A stretch of 59,139 bases of DNA, the filler included, from Candidatus Woesearchaeota archaeon CG1_02_57_44 (GTDB taxonomy: Archaea > Nanobdellota > Nanobdellia > Woesearchaeales > CG1-02-57-44), in NCBI GenBank assembly GCA_001871415.1. It is 4 parts of 4 records of this genome, joined end to end, with 100 filler letters (N's around TTAATTAATTAA, not from the genome) between each part and the next. Parts side by side here need not be neighbours in the genome. Positions count along the whole stretch, not along the records: positions 26,430 to 46,378 come from MNWW01000003.1; 3 more parts are not named here. One strand, written 5' to 3'. Below are positions 34,340-43,308 of the stretch, one piece after another; positions within the stretch are counted from its first letter, which is position 1, and every line of letters starts with the position of its first letter. The position numbers and the translations under genes are program-made. The notes beneath the pieces were generated by a model that did not search any database, was not told the origin of the DNA, and saw nothing but the letters and a program-made list of their open reading frames with translations.

Positions 34340-36673
34340 ATGATTTTCAGCCAGGTGCGGCTGCAGAACATACGGTCGTATGTGGATGAGACCATCACTC
34401 TGCCCGCGGGGTCTGTGCTCTTGTCAGGGGACATCGGAGCGGGTAAGTCCACTATACTTAAGGCCATTGAGTTCGTTATCTTCGGGCTGAAAGGCACGGA
34501 TCTTACGGGCTCAACACTGCTTCGCCATGGCGCGGGCAAGGGAATGGTTGAGGTCACGCTTGTGCTGGACTCTGGCGAGGTCATCATCCGCAGAGGTCTG
34601 AAACGCACTAAAACCAGCATCGTGCAGGATATCGGCAGTCTGCAGGCGAATGGCGTGCTCGAGGAACTCACCCCTGAGGAACTGCGGGCCAAGGTGCTCT
34701 TGTTGCTTGGCTATCCCGCAAGCGCGCGCAACGCGAATCTGCTGTATCGCTATACGGTCTACACACCGCAGGAGGACATGAAGCGCATCATCCTGGAGCC
34801 CGCGGAGCAGCGCCTGGAAATCATCAGGAACCTTTTTCTGGTTGATCGCTACAAGCAGGCCAAGCTGAACGCGGAGCTCGTCGCAAAAGAGTATAGGGCG
34901 CAGGCGCGTGCTCTTGAGCGAGAAGCGGCAGGAAAATCACTGGTTGAACAACGCGGCAAGCATGTCGCTGCTGCTCTTGCCAGCGCGCAAGCGGAATTGT
35001 CTGATACACAAGCGGCGCTTACCAAGACCAAGGGTCAATTGGAACAAGCATCTGCCTCTGTCGCTGCCAGCCGGCGCGATCAGGACGCGTTCACCGAAGC
35101 GCAGGCAAGACTAGGTAGTCTGCTCGCGACGCTTGATTCATTGAAAGGACAGGCCACGGGACTGCTCAAGGACAAGGCAGCGCTGGAACAGGAGCGGTTG
35201 GCAGTCATGCGGCAATTGGACAAGCTTCCTGGCGATTCGTCGCAGATTTCGGCAGCTCGCGCAGCGTTGCTGGCGGCAGAGCGCTCTCAGGCGAGCCAGC
35301 AGGCGCTCAAGCAGACCCACGCGGTGCTTGTCAGGGAGCAGGCGCAATATGTCAAAGCTGCTGCTGAACAGCAGGCCGCGCGCAAGCGACTGGCGACGTT
35401 GCCAGATGCCACTACGCTTTCACAACGTATCGAATCGCTGGAGCAGGAGTTGTCACAGTGCATGGCGCGGCGCGCCACAGTGCAGGCAGGCATCAGCGAA
35501 CAGGGACGCATATTATCAGAGCTTGAGGAGGGTGATGTCTGTCCGTTATGCAACCAAGACCTGACTGACGCGTACAGGGAATCGTTGCTGGGCTCGGCCA
35601 AGCAGCATGTCGCGGAGCACAATGCCACGCTGACAGGGTTGGAATCAGATCACGTGCGTGTGTCAGGGGCACTGGCTGGCGCCCGCAAGGAGGCAAAGGA
35701 CTACGACGCATTGCGCGAGTCGCTGCTTTCCCGATTGAACCTGCTTGATGGCAGGAAGGATACAACAGATGATATCGAGCGTGTGGATGCGCAACTCGCT
35801 GCCATCATGATCGCTGATCTGCCAGGACTTCGCGCTACTCTCGCATGTCTCGAACAGAAACAACAGCTTCTGGACAAGGCCAAAGGTCTTGAGGAGCGTT
35901 CGCAGTCAATAGCGAGTTCTATCGGCGAGGTCAAGGCGCGCATGGCGTCAGCGCAGCAGCAGGTCTCTGCCGCGCAGCAGGCCGTCGACTCCCTAGCGCA
36001 TGCCAAAGCTGCGTTCGATTCAGCTCTGGCAATGCAGCAGCAGGCCAATGACGCGCTGCTGCAGGCGAAGAGTAGGGAGTCGCAGGCGACCGCGGCTCTG
36101 GCGGGATTGCAGCGCGAAGCCGCGCATCTGGCAGAACAGCTCGCGTTGCTTGCGGAAAAGCAGCGGAGCGCGCAGAACTACACCACACTTGCCACATGGT
36201 TGACAGGATTTTTCAGCCCCCTGGCTGAGACCATTGAGCGCCATGTGCTGCATGCTATACGCGCTGAATTCGGGCAGGTCTTCTCATCCTGGTTCTCAGC
36301 CATCCTTGATGATGAAGGCATCGACGCGCGACTGGATGAGAGTTTCAGTCCCCTGCTTGTGCAAAACGAGTATGAGACAACGCCCCAGCACTTATCGGGA
36401 GGCGAGCTCACGGGTCTTGCGCTCTCGTATCGTCTCGCGCTCAACAAAGTGCTCAACAATCTCACGCAGGGCATCGCCACACGCGATGTCCTCATCCTTG
36501 ACGAACCCACAGACGGATTCTCCTCTGAGCAGCTTGACCGCGTTCGCGATGTGTTTCCGCAGACCGGAGCGAAGCAGACCATCATTGTCAGCCACGAGCC
36601 AAAGATAGAGGCCTTTGTCGACCATTGTCTCAGGATCCATAAAGAAAATGCGACCAGCCAGGTGATAGCATGA
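34340..36673 (+). CDS. rad50: Rad50/SbcC-type SMC ATPase
   Basis: Walker A GDIGAGKST; coiled coil with CPLC Zn hook; LSGGE; ILDEPTDG; IIVSH. Confidence 0.88.
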   Translation: MIFSQVRLQNIRSYVDETITLPAGSVLLSGDIGAGKSTILKAIEFVIFGLKGTDLTGSTLLRHGAGKGMVEVTLVLDSGEVIIRRGLKRTKTSIVQDIGSLQANGVLEELTPEELRAKVLLLLGYPASARNANLLYRYTVYTPQEDMKRIILEPAEQRLEIIRNLFLVDRYKQAKLNAELVAKEYRAQARALEREAAGKSLVEQRGKHVAAALASAQAELSDTQAALTKTKGQLEQASASVAASRRDQDAFTEAQARLGSLLATLDSLKGQATGLLKDKAALEQERLAVMRQLDKLPGDSSQISAARAALLAAERSQASQQALKQTHAVLVREQAQYVKAAAEQQAARKRLATLPDATTLSQRIESLEQELSQCMARRATVQAGISEQGRILSELEEGDVCPLCNQDLTDAYRESLLGSAKQHVAEHNATLTGLESDHVRVSGALAGARKEAKDYDALRESLLSRLNLLDGRKDTTDDIERVDAQLAAIMIADLPGLRATLACLEQKQQLLDKAKGLEERSQSIASSIGEVKARMASAQQQVSAAQQAVDSLAHAKAAFDSALAMQQQANDALLQAKSRESQATAALAGLQREAAHLAEQLALLAEKQRSAQNYTTLATWLTGFFSPLAETIERHVLHAIRAEFGQVFSSWFSAILDDEGIDARLDESFSPLLVQNEYETTPQHLSGGELTGLALSYRLALNKVLNNLTQGIATRDVLILDEPTDGFSSEQLDRVRDVFPQTGAKQTIIVSHEPKIEAFVDHCLRIHKENATSQVIA

Positions 36674-37644
36674 CTATGACAGCATCAAAGAAGCGCAAGG
36701 CAAACGCAGGAAAGACAAATAAGAAAACCACTCGGTCTGCGTCTTCGCAAACGCCAGCGCGAAAAAAAGCGCCCTTGAAAGGCAAGGGGGTCAAACGAAA
36801 AGGCACAGGCAAGAAACCAATCGCTGGCCGAACATTGGTAAAACGTGCTGTCGTCAAGAAGCAATCACGGTCAGTATCACAGACGCGCAAGGTGAAAGGT
36901 CCTGCAAGAAAAACGGTTCGACCGGTCCGCAAGTCCGCTCCTGCGCGAAAGACGGCGTCCCGAGCGCCCAGGCAACGCGCTGTTGTGAAGCGCCCCAAAT
37001 CAGCCGTCAGGGTGTCTCGCAAGGCTGTTGGCAAAGCGCGCGCAAAGGCGAATGCGCGAGCAAAAGCGAAGCCACGCGCAGTCAAGAAGAGGATCAATAA
37101 GGCCAACGCGTCCAGATCACGACCAGCAAAGCCACCGCGCAGCAGGTCAACCAAGAGCCCTGCTCAGAAACGCGTTGTGAAAAAGAGGGTGGTACGGAAA
37201 CCTGTGAGAAAGAGTCCTGTCAGGAAACCCACGAAAAAATCCCCTGGAAAGAACCAGGTCAAAAGGCGCGTCCTGAAGCGCGGCGAGAGCGCGTCAAAGC
37301 GTGCCTCCAGCAAGCAGAAGGGCTTCGTGCACAAGCAGGCGAAGCCTGCCAAGACACGGCTGGTGAAGAAAAACGTCATCAAGAAAAAATCTGTAAAATC
37401 GGCCAAAAAGAGCCCTGTCAAGAAGCGGCCTGCGGTCGGCAAAAAGGGCGCTGCAAAAAAAGCCGGCGCCAAAAAACAGGGCGCGGCAAAAAAACAAGTC
37501 AAGGCTGCAAAAAAAGAAGATGTGCCACCCTGGCGGGAAATCAAGCGAACTCCTCATGCGCTGCCTAAGACAACGCACCGCATGCACAGCGATAGGAGCC
37601 GACTTCCGCCGCACAAGCGCTTCTTCATCGATATGCGTGAGTGA
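36670..37644 (+). CDS. Lys/Arg/Ala-rich histone-H1-like (Hc2-like) protein
   Basis: 324 aa of K/R/A/S/P/V low complexity with almost no acidic residues; ATGA overlap with rad50; AGGTGAT Shine-Dalgarno. Confidence 0.75.
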   Translation: MTMTASKKRKANAGKTNKKTTRSASSQTPARKKAPLKGKGVKRKGTGKKPIAGRTLVKRAVVKKQSRSVSQTRKVKGPARKTVRPVRKSAPARKTASRAPRQRAVVKRPKSAVRVSRKAVGKARAKANARAKAKPRAVKKRINKANASRSRPAKPPRSRSTKSPAQKRVVKKRVVRKPVRKSPVRKPTKKSPGKNQVKRRVLKRGESASKRASSKQKGFVHKQAKPAKTRLVKKNVIKKKSVKSAKKSPVKKRPAVGKKGAAKKAGAKKQGAAKKQVKAAKKEDVPPWREIKRTPHALPKTTHRMHSDRSRLPPHKRFFIDMRE

Positions 37645-37834
37645 GCGTCGGACAGTCGGCAGCTGGTCAGTGATGCAAGGGCAGCATGTCATCGCGTTGC
37701 CCTGTACGCGTGTGGTTGCTCTGGTGAGTATTGGTCCTTGGATCACCGCGGCGCATTTCCCATACCTTTATTAGCGGCTGTACCGGTAAGTGCCATCAAC
37801 GCGCGCTGATTGCGTTCAGAAACGTGTGAGCATC

Positions 37835-38626
37835 ATGTACGTTCCCTCAGAATCCCACCTCGCATTGTCCATGCTCTGGTATCTCATCAAGTTGCCGTTT
37901 CTGCTGATAGCGTCTATTTTTTCAGAACACGCTCGCCACGACCTGCTTGAGCCGCTGGATAAGATAGTGCATTTCTTGCTGACCGCGCCGTTCACGCTCT
38001 CGCTGGCGCTTGTCTGTTTTCTGAGCTCATTGTATGGGTTCTGGCTCAGCTACAACGGGCAGGACGCGCTTTTTCAGTCATTGATGTGGCAGCCGTCATT
38101 GCTGCTCGGCTGGCACCCTGTCGCGCTCTTCGCCCATCTGTTCCTGCACGCGTCCATCGCGCACCTGCTCGGCAATCTGTTGTTTCTGCTGGTCTTTGGC
38201 AGGGTCGTGGAGCGCAACATCGGCTGGCGCGTCATCCTGGTGTTCCTGCTCGCAGGCGTCTTCGCCAGCCTCAGCTACTCTGCCATTCACTTAGCGCTTG
38301 GCGGCAGCGGGTATCTTCTCGGCGCGTCAGGCGCCATCATGGGGCTGGTCGCGACAGCTATATTATTTGAGCCCTTCTACATCTCCTTTGTACTGATACT
38401 GCCCTTGCCCATCATGGCCATCGGGTTGCTGCAACTGTTCACGGACGCGCTCGGTGTTCTCACACCGACGGATAATATCGCGCATCTCGCGCACATCATG
38501 GGCTTTGCCTCGGTCACGCTCGTTGTCTGGCTGTTGGCTCGCGAGCGAAAGAAGCTGCTCAAGGGCCTGCTGGTGAATGTCGCGGCTGTGGTGGCGCTAC
38601 TGGTGTGGTGGTTTGTGAGCGGATGA
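37835..38626 (+). CDS. Rhomboid intramembrane serine protease
   Basis: FLHASIAHLLGN, GASGAI, AHLAHI.G; start uncertain. Confidence 0.92.
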   Translation: MYVPSESHLALSMLWYLIKLPFLLIASIFSEHARHDLLEPLDKIVHFLLTAPFTLSLALVCFLSSLYGFWLSYNGQDALFQSLMWQPSLLLGWHPVALFAHLFLHASIAHLLGNLLFLLVFGRVVERNIGWRVILVFLLAGVFASLSYSAIHLALGGSGYLLGASGAIMGLVATAILFEPFYISFVLILPLPIMAIGLLQLFTDALGVLTPTDNIAHLAHIMGFASVTLVVWLLARERKKLLKGLLVNVAAVVALLVWWFVSG

Positions 38627-38716
38627 TAGGTCTGCATCTATGGCTCGCTGAATCACTGGTCCTCATCCTGCCTGGTTCCACAACGCTTATAACCTTCGGA
38701 GCTGCTGGTAGTCAAC

Positions 38717-39556
38717 ATGGCGTCCTGTCTGTTCTGCGGGCTCATCAAAAAGCAGCAGCCCAATACCATCGTCTCCAATGACGCGGTGGTCGCGCTACTG
38801 GACAAACGCCCGAGCGTCGCTGGGCAGATCATCGTGCTCACACGCAACCATTATCCGCTCCTCAGCCAGATTCCTGACCGCGAATTGGCAGAGCTGCTCG
38901 GCAGCGTCAAGAAGATATCACAGGCGATGCTACGCACCTATGATGTCGCGGGCACCACGGTGCTCGGCCGTGTCGGGGTGGAGGCAGGGCAGATTGTGCC
39001 GCATGCATCGCTGGTGGTCATGCCCCGCTATGAGGGTGATGGTGTCGGCCTTGATGTGCCTGTACCTGCTAGCGCAGGTTGCAACCTTTGTCAGATGGAA
39101 GGGGTGTCTGAAGAATTCGGCGATGCTGATACGCTCTGCTTTCAGCTTGAGGGGTTTGCGGGGTTGGGGGTTGCGACCAGGGCTCATTATCCCATCCTTG
39201 AGGCCGTGCCCGACCAGATGCTCGAGCCGCTTGGTCGAACGCTCAAAGAGGCCATTCAGCTCATGCTCTCCAACTGGAATGCGTCTGCTGTCACCGTACT
39301 GCTACACAACGGCATCCCTGCCGGACAGCGCATGCCGCACGCAGTTTTCTGGCTTATCGCGCGCGAAAAAAATGATGGACGGTTCTCGCTGCCTGAGCGC
39401 GCGGTCGGCGAGGAGGACACGGGTCGCATTGTCAGCGCGATGCGTGAAGCTCTTGTTGGCATGGGTGGGCCTGTCGGGGTCGAAACAATGCAATCAGCGC
39501 AAGTCAGCAATGAGGTCAGTGATTATCTCCTGGAGAAATTAAAACGGGTTCCATAA
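38717..39556 (+). CDS. Tandem HIT-family protein with degenerate triads
   Basis: CLFC and CNLC starts of two domains; AGQIVPHA and AGQRMPHA in place of GQxVxHxHxH. Confidence 0.8.
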   Translation: MASCLFCGLIKKQQPNTIVSNDAVVALLDKRPSVAGQIIVLTRNHYPLLSQIPDRELAELLGSVKKISQAMLRTYDVAGTTVLGRVGVEAGQIVPHASLVVMPRYEGDGVGLDVPVPASAGCNLCQMEGVSEEFGDADTLCFQLEGFAGLGVATRAHYPILEAVPDQMLEPLGRTLKEAIQLMLSNWNASAVTVLLHNGIPAGQRMPHAVFWLIAREKNDGRFSLPERAVGEEDTGRIVSAMREALVGMGGPVGVETMQSAQVSNEVSDYLLEKLKRVP

Positions 39557-39558
39557 AA

Positions 39559-40140
39559 TCATTCGTCTGGTCCGCCTTCGTCTTCATCTCCTGACTCCTC
39601 GTTATCAGAGTTGTCTTCGTCTGAGGGGACTTCCTCGCGCGTTCGAGGGCATCCTGTTGATCGCTTTCGTTTCCCGTCATCGTACTTGTTGCCGTCTTGG
39701 TTTCTTGCGGATTGGTAATTCTCGGCGTCTTTGCCCGTATAATGAGCGCCTTCGCTTTCACTCCAGTCGTACTCGTTGGTGCTCACTTCGCTATCGAGCG
39801 CATAATTGGGATGCAGGTCGTCTTCGATATCGACGTCCTTGCCGTATTTTCCCTGGAGAGCATGCTTGACGACTTTGTATGCTTCTTTCATGACCGTGTC
39901 CTCGTCGGTCTTGTCTTGCTTGCCATTGCCGCTATAATGGTCGATGGCATGGCCGATAAGCTCGTAAGAGCCGCCCAAGGTCTCTTTGACCACATCATAG
40001 GCGACTTTCCGGGCATGCGCTTTATCGTAGTGAGAATGTCCGCTCGGCCAGGAGGTATTGCCTGATGACAGCGCTGCCTCAAGGCCTCCCATGTCCACAT
40101 GCTGGCCCATCACTGTCTGGCCTGCCAGGTAGCTTGTCAT
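39559..40140 (-). CDS. Hypothetical acidic protein
   Basis: 193-aa ORF with D/E-rich tail; AT-rich promoter region upstream. Confidence 0.6.
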   Translation of the reverse strand: MTSYLAGQTVMGQHVDMGGLEAALSSGNTSWPSGHSHYDKAHARKVAYDVVKETLGGSYELIGHAIDHYSGNGKQDKTDEDTVMKEAYKVVKHALQGKYGKDVDIEDDLHPNYALDSEVSTNEYDWSESEGAHYTGKDAENYQSARNQDGNKYDDGKRKRSTGCPRTREEVPSDEDNSDNEESGDEDEGGPDE

Positions 40141-40279
40141 ACAGAAGATAGAATATGTCCCAGTTTATTAACTTTACGGTAGTAAAAAAATAAAAAATAT
40201 TTATAAATTGTTTATAAAGACTTGGTTCCTGTATCTGCCCCCTGTATCTTTCAGGGTAGATGGAGCATTCTTCCCCGGT

Positions 40280-40906
40280 CTATTCCTCTCCCGGGATCTG
40301 TCCGGGGCATACTCTGTCAGGGAACACGTCCACTTTCCCGAATCGGTTGACTACTGCTCCACTAGCGCGGCAACGCAACATATAGGTGTTCGCGCGGTCA
40401 GCTAGCATCCCTGCCCTTGACAGGGCGTCCTTGACCGTCATCCCTCCGAAGTAACCGCCGATGCCTTCATCGCGTTCCACTCTGGGGTATGCTACAGCCG
40501 CCAGTTGCTCCCATCTTCTTGTCAGGAACGTACCTGGCTCTGCTGGCGCGTCAGAGCGCTCATAGCTGCCGATGGGAAACTCACGCGCGACCACTATGGG
40601 CTCAAAGCCCACGCTTCTTGGTATCAACAGCGGCGTCATGAGCCACCCATCATAGAGCTCATTGAAGGCATTGGCAAACGCGGTCAGGATGGCACCATCC
40701 CCTTTTGTCTGCACCTCCAATGGCCGCATGCTCATGCGGTCACTTGGATCCGGGTTCATGACGTACCAGGTCCCCTGTGTTCTGGCACTGCTGCTGTAGT
40801 CTTGAGGGAACACATCCCTGAGGCTTTGTCCGAGCAGTTCATCAGTCTTCACACCTGCTCTTGAAGCGAGCAGTTCCACTAGTTCATTCAATCGCATGTT
40901 CTTCAC
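40280..40906 (-). CDS. Hypothetical protein
   Basis: 208-aa ORF; an AGGTGA Shine-Dalgarno suggests a start at 40897. Confidence 0.55.
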   Translation of the reverse strand: MKNMRLNELVELLASRAGVKTDELLGQSLRDVFPQDYSSSARTQGTWYVMNPDPSDRMSMRPLEVQTKGDGAILTAFANAFNELYDGWLMTPLLIPRSVGFEPIVVAREFPIGSYERSDAPAEPGTFLTRRWEQLAAVAYPRVERDEGIGGYFGGMTVKDALSRAGMLADRANTYMLRCRASGAVVNRFGKVDVFPDRVCPGQIPGEE

Positions 40907-41187
40907 CTGTTGTATCCAACCGGCCTATTGCCGGCGGCAGTAAGCGTATCACGCTGCTATCACTGCAGTCCTGAGACTGAGGTGATGCAGGTCGGTCGCG
41001 TTGCGCGGACTTCCTGCTGTTGGAGTCACACTTCGCAGAAGAGAGGCACCGCCAGCATCACAACAGCGGATGATGAACTGAATCCGCGCGGGTGGCGCTG
41101 GTTACCTGTGCCATGATGCACGGGGAAGGAATGGTGTGTAATAAACTTTGTGGAATCCTCTTGCGCGCAGCTGCACCTCGCACGGTC

Positions 41188-42045
41188 CTATGGCATCGCG
41201 GCCAGCAGCACATTGCCCCACAGCATCGTCATGAGAAACGCGATGAGAAACGCGGGCATGAAGGGGATGCCGACTTTCAGCAGTACCTTCTTCACCTTTC
41301 CTTCACGGTGCAATCTCTTCAGCAAGCGTATCTGCTCTTTTGTCACGCCCAGATCCTTCGGACCGGTGATGCGTTTTTTTCCGACCATGACATCTTTCGC
41401 TATCCAGTCGCCTTCGGTCAGTCTCGACGGCGCGACCCATTGCAGCATGGCTGAATCCTCCACTGCTTTGGCGAAAGACCAGAGGATGAGCAGCAGGGCG
41501 AGCAGACCTGTCAGCGTCCCTGCCAGATAGAGGGCCTCGCGCATCGGCAGTATGGCGAAACATACGATGATGAGCGCCACGATGACCAGGGCAAGCGCGT
41601 AGACTTGCTTTGGCAATCGGGTGAATGCTGAGCGCATCGCTGTCCAGGTCTTTTTCGGACGTAGCAGCCCTATGACCAGCGAGTAGACAAGGCCATACAA
41701 CGCTCCGGCGATGACCAGATTGAGCAGGAACGCGAGCGTGAAATCTGCGCGGGTCCAACCAGCGATGCCGACGAGCGCGCCTACGCCCATGAGCGCCTTG
41801 GCGTCGCCACCGCCCCACTGCCCAAGGTAGTACATGACATTGGCCACCACGGCGCAGACGAGCACGCCATAGACGCCAGCGAGCAGCGGCTGCCAGGAGA
41901 GCAGAGCGATCGAGAACAGCAACCTGATGCCGATGCCGGACGCCATCATGCTGTAGGACACCCAGTCAGGCACTTCGCGTTTCTTGATGTCTGTCGCCGA
42001 GCCGATGACGATGCCTATCAGCGCGAGCAGCAGCAGGAATTGCAT
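41188..42045 (-). CDS. Prepilin/prearchaellin peptidase (A24 family, FlaK/PibD-like)
   Basis: TDIKKREVPD, WGGGDAK, LTEGDWI, IPFMPAF; multi-TM. Confidence 0.92.
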   Translation of the reverse strand: MQFLLLLALIGIVIGSATDIKKREVPDWVSYSMMASGIGIRLLFSIALLSWQPLLAGVYGVLVCAVVANVMYYLGQWGGGDAKALMGVGALVGIAGWTRADFTLAFLLNLVIAGALYGLVYSLVIGLLRPKKTWTAMRSAFTRLPKQVYALALVIVALIIVCFAILPMREALYLAGTLTGLLALLLILWSFAKAVEDSAMLQWVAPSRLTEGDWIAKDVMVGKKRITGPKDLGVTKEQIRLLKRLHREGKVKKVLLKVGIPFMPAFLIAFLMTMLWGNVLLAAMP

Positions 42046-42204
42046 GATGCTCTGCGACGCCGGGAGGTATAAATATCATTCGATTTGTGCTGAGGGCGTG
42101 ACTTATCGCGCCGCTTATTGCGCTGTCCATTGCTTTCATTTCCTCCCCACATGGACTATGCTCTCGTTCCCAATCGCTGGTCCATTCTCCTCCTTTTCCC
42201 TTGT

Positions 42205-43308
42205 TCATTCCTGGCGCAGCGCTATCCGTGGTCGCGCAGCATAGCGAAAGCCCATGCGCTCTCCTGTGCTGGCGACATACAGCGCCGCGTGCGCGAGGCA
42301 GGAGCCGACCACGATGTTCGTGGTTATGACCGACGGGATGGGGTTGTCCTGGCATGATGCCCTCTGCGCGGGCGTCGGTCCGGGCGTCATCGGAACATTG
42401 TCTCCTGGCAGGTAGGTTGCGACCTGCCCAGCATGCGCGCCAGCGCCGCCGTCGACGTAGGGGATGCTTCTCGCGTTCATCACCTTGGCTGCTGTTGCTC
42501 TGGCCGCGCTGTTGTCCAGGCACCCTACGAGCACGCTGCCTGGCCGGAAGTGTCGCGCGCTGCACTTCTCAAGGTACTGCGGCACTGCCACATATTCGTG
42601 GGGATAGCGGGCGGCGAGGGATTCCGCGAGCACCTCGGCCTTATTGCCCTGCTCCAGCGCGTAGAAGAACTGCCTGTTCAGGTTGCGGCGCTCCGGGATG
42701 TCAGGGTCGATGAGGGTGAATCGCGCCTGCTTATGCTGCTGCACGCAGGCGTAGGACAGGACCAGCGACGCTATCGTGCCAAGGCCTCCGCAGCCCGCGA
42801 TGACAAAGTCAGGGCGCTGCAGAGTAGGGGCATCTGAGACCTGGATGCGCGGTTCATCCGCACACTCCTGCTCTAAGGGAGCGATGGTCGCGCGTAACAA
42901 CTCAGCGCCCATACCTGCGCAGATGCCCTGCACGCTGGCAGGACCTGCTCCATCCAGCGCCACCAGCGGTGTTGCCCCGACCCATTGCTCCACCCGGGCG
43001 CGGTCATGGCCGCCTCCTGCGAGCAGGCCGTCCAATGACGGCAATGCATGACGTGAAAGCGGCATATCCATGTCCAGGTCCCAGCAACCGACGCTGCATG
43101 AGGGGGTGATGGCGCGCAGCTCATCATCAGTGAGGAAACAATCCTCCTGGCGCTGGCCTATCAGATGCGCGTGGCCGAATCCCAGGCACTGCAGGCAGAT
43201 AGCGGCCAGGTCAGCGCCGAAGGAGCGGCCGATGACAGCGACTGATTTAGTCGCCAGCAATGCCTGATACTCATCGCCCCAGTCATGCGACGTGAATCGG
43301 TCAACCAT
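42205..43308 (-). CDS. E1-like enzyme with tandem ThiF/MoeB domains (degenerate plus active)
   Basis: Domain 2: AGCGGLG, DPD..ERRNLNRQF, KAEVL, CLDN..AR, RASC (candidate catalytic Cys). Domain 1: degenerate VAVIG..FGA...CL..LGFG. Confidence 0.85.
   Translation of the reverse strand: MVDRFTSHDWGDEYQALLATKSVAVIGRSFGADLAAICLQCLGFGHAHLIGQRQEDCFLTDDELRAITPSCSVGCWDLDMDMPLSRHALPSLDGLLAGGGHDRARVEQWVGATPLVALDGAGPASVQGICAGMGAELLRATIAPLEQECADEPRIQVSDAPTLQRPDFVIAGCGGLGTIASLVLSYACVQQHKQARFTLIDPDIPERRNLNRQFFYALEQGNKAEVLAESLAARYPHEYVAVPQYLEKCSARHFRPGSVLVGCLDNSAARATAAKVMNARSIPYVDGGAGAHAGQVATYLPGDNVPMTPGPTPAQRASCQDNPIPSVITTNIVVGSCLAHAALYVASTGERMGFRYAARPRIALRQE

Noticed and set aside
41188..42205. Prepilin peptidase as a fourth gene of the Ubl-like operon
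   Set aside because: A 160-bp gap contains its own TTTATA box (about 42070), suggesting separate transcription.
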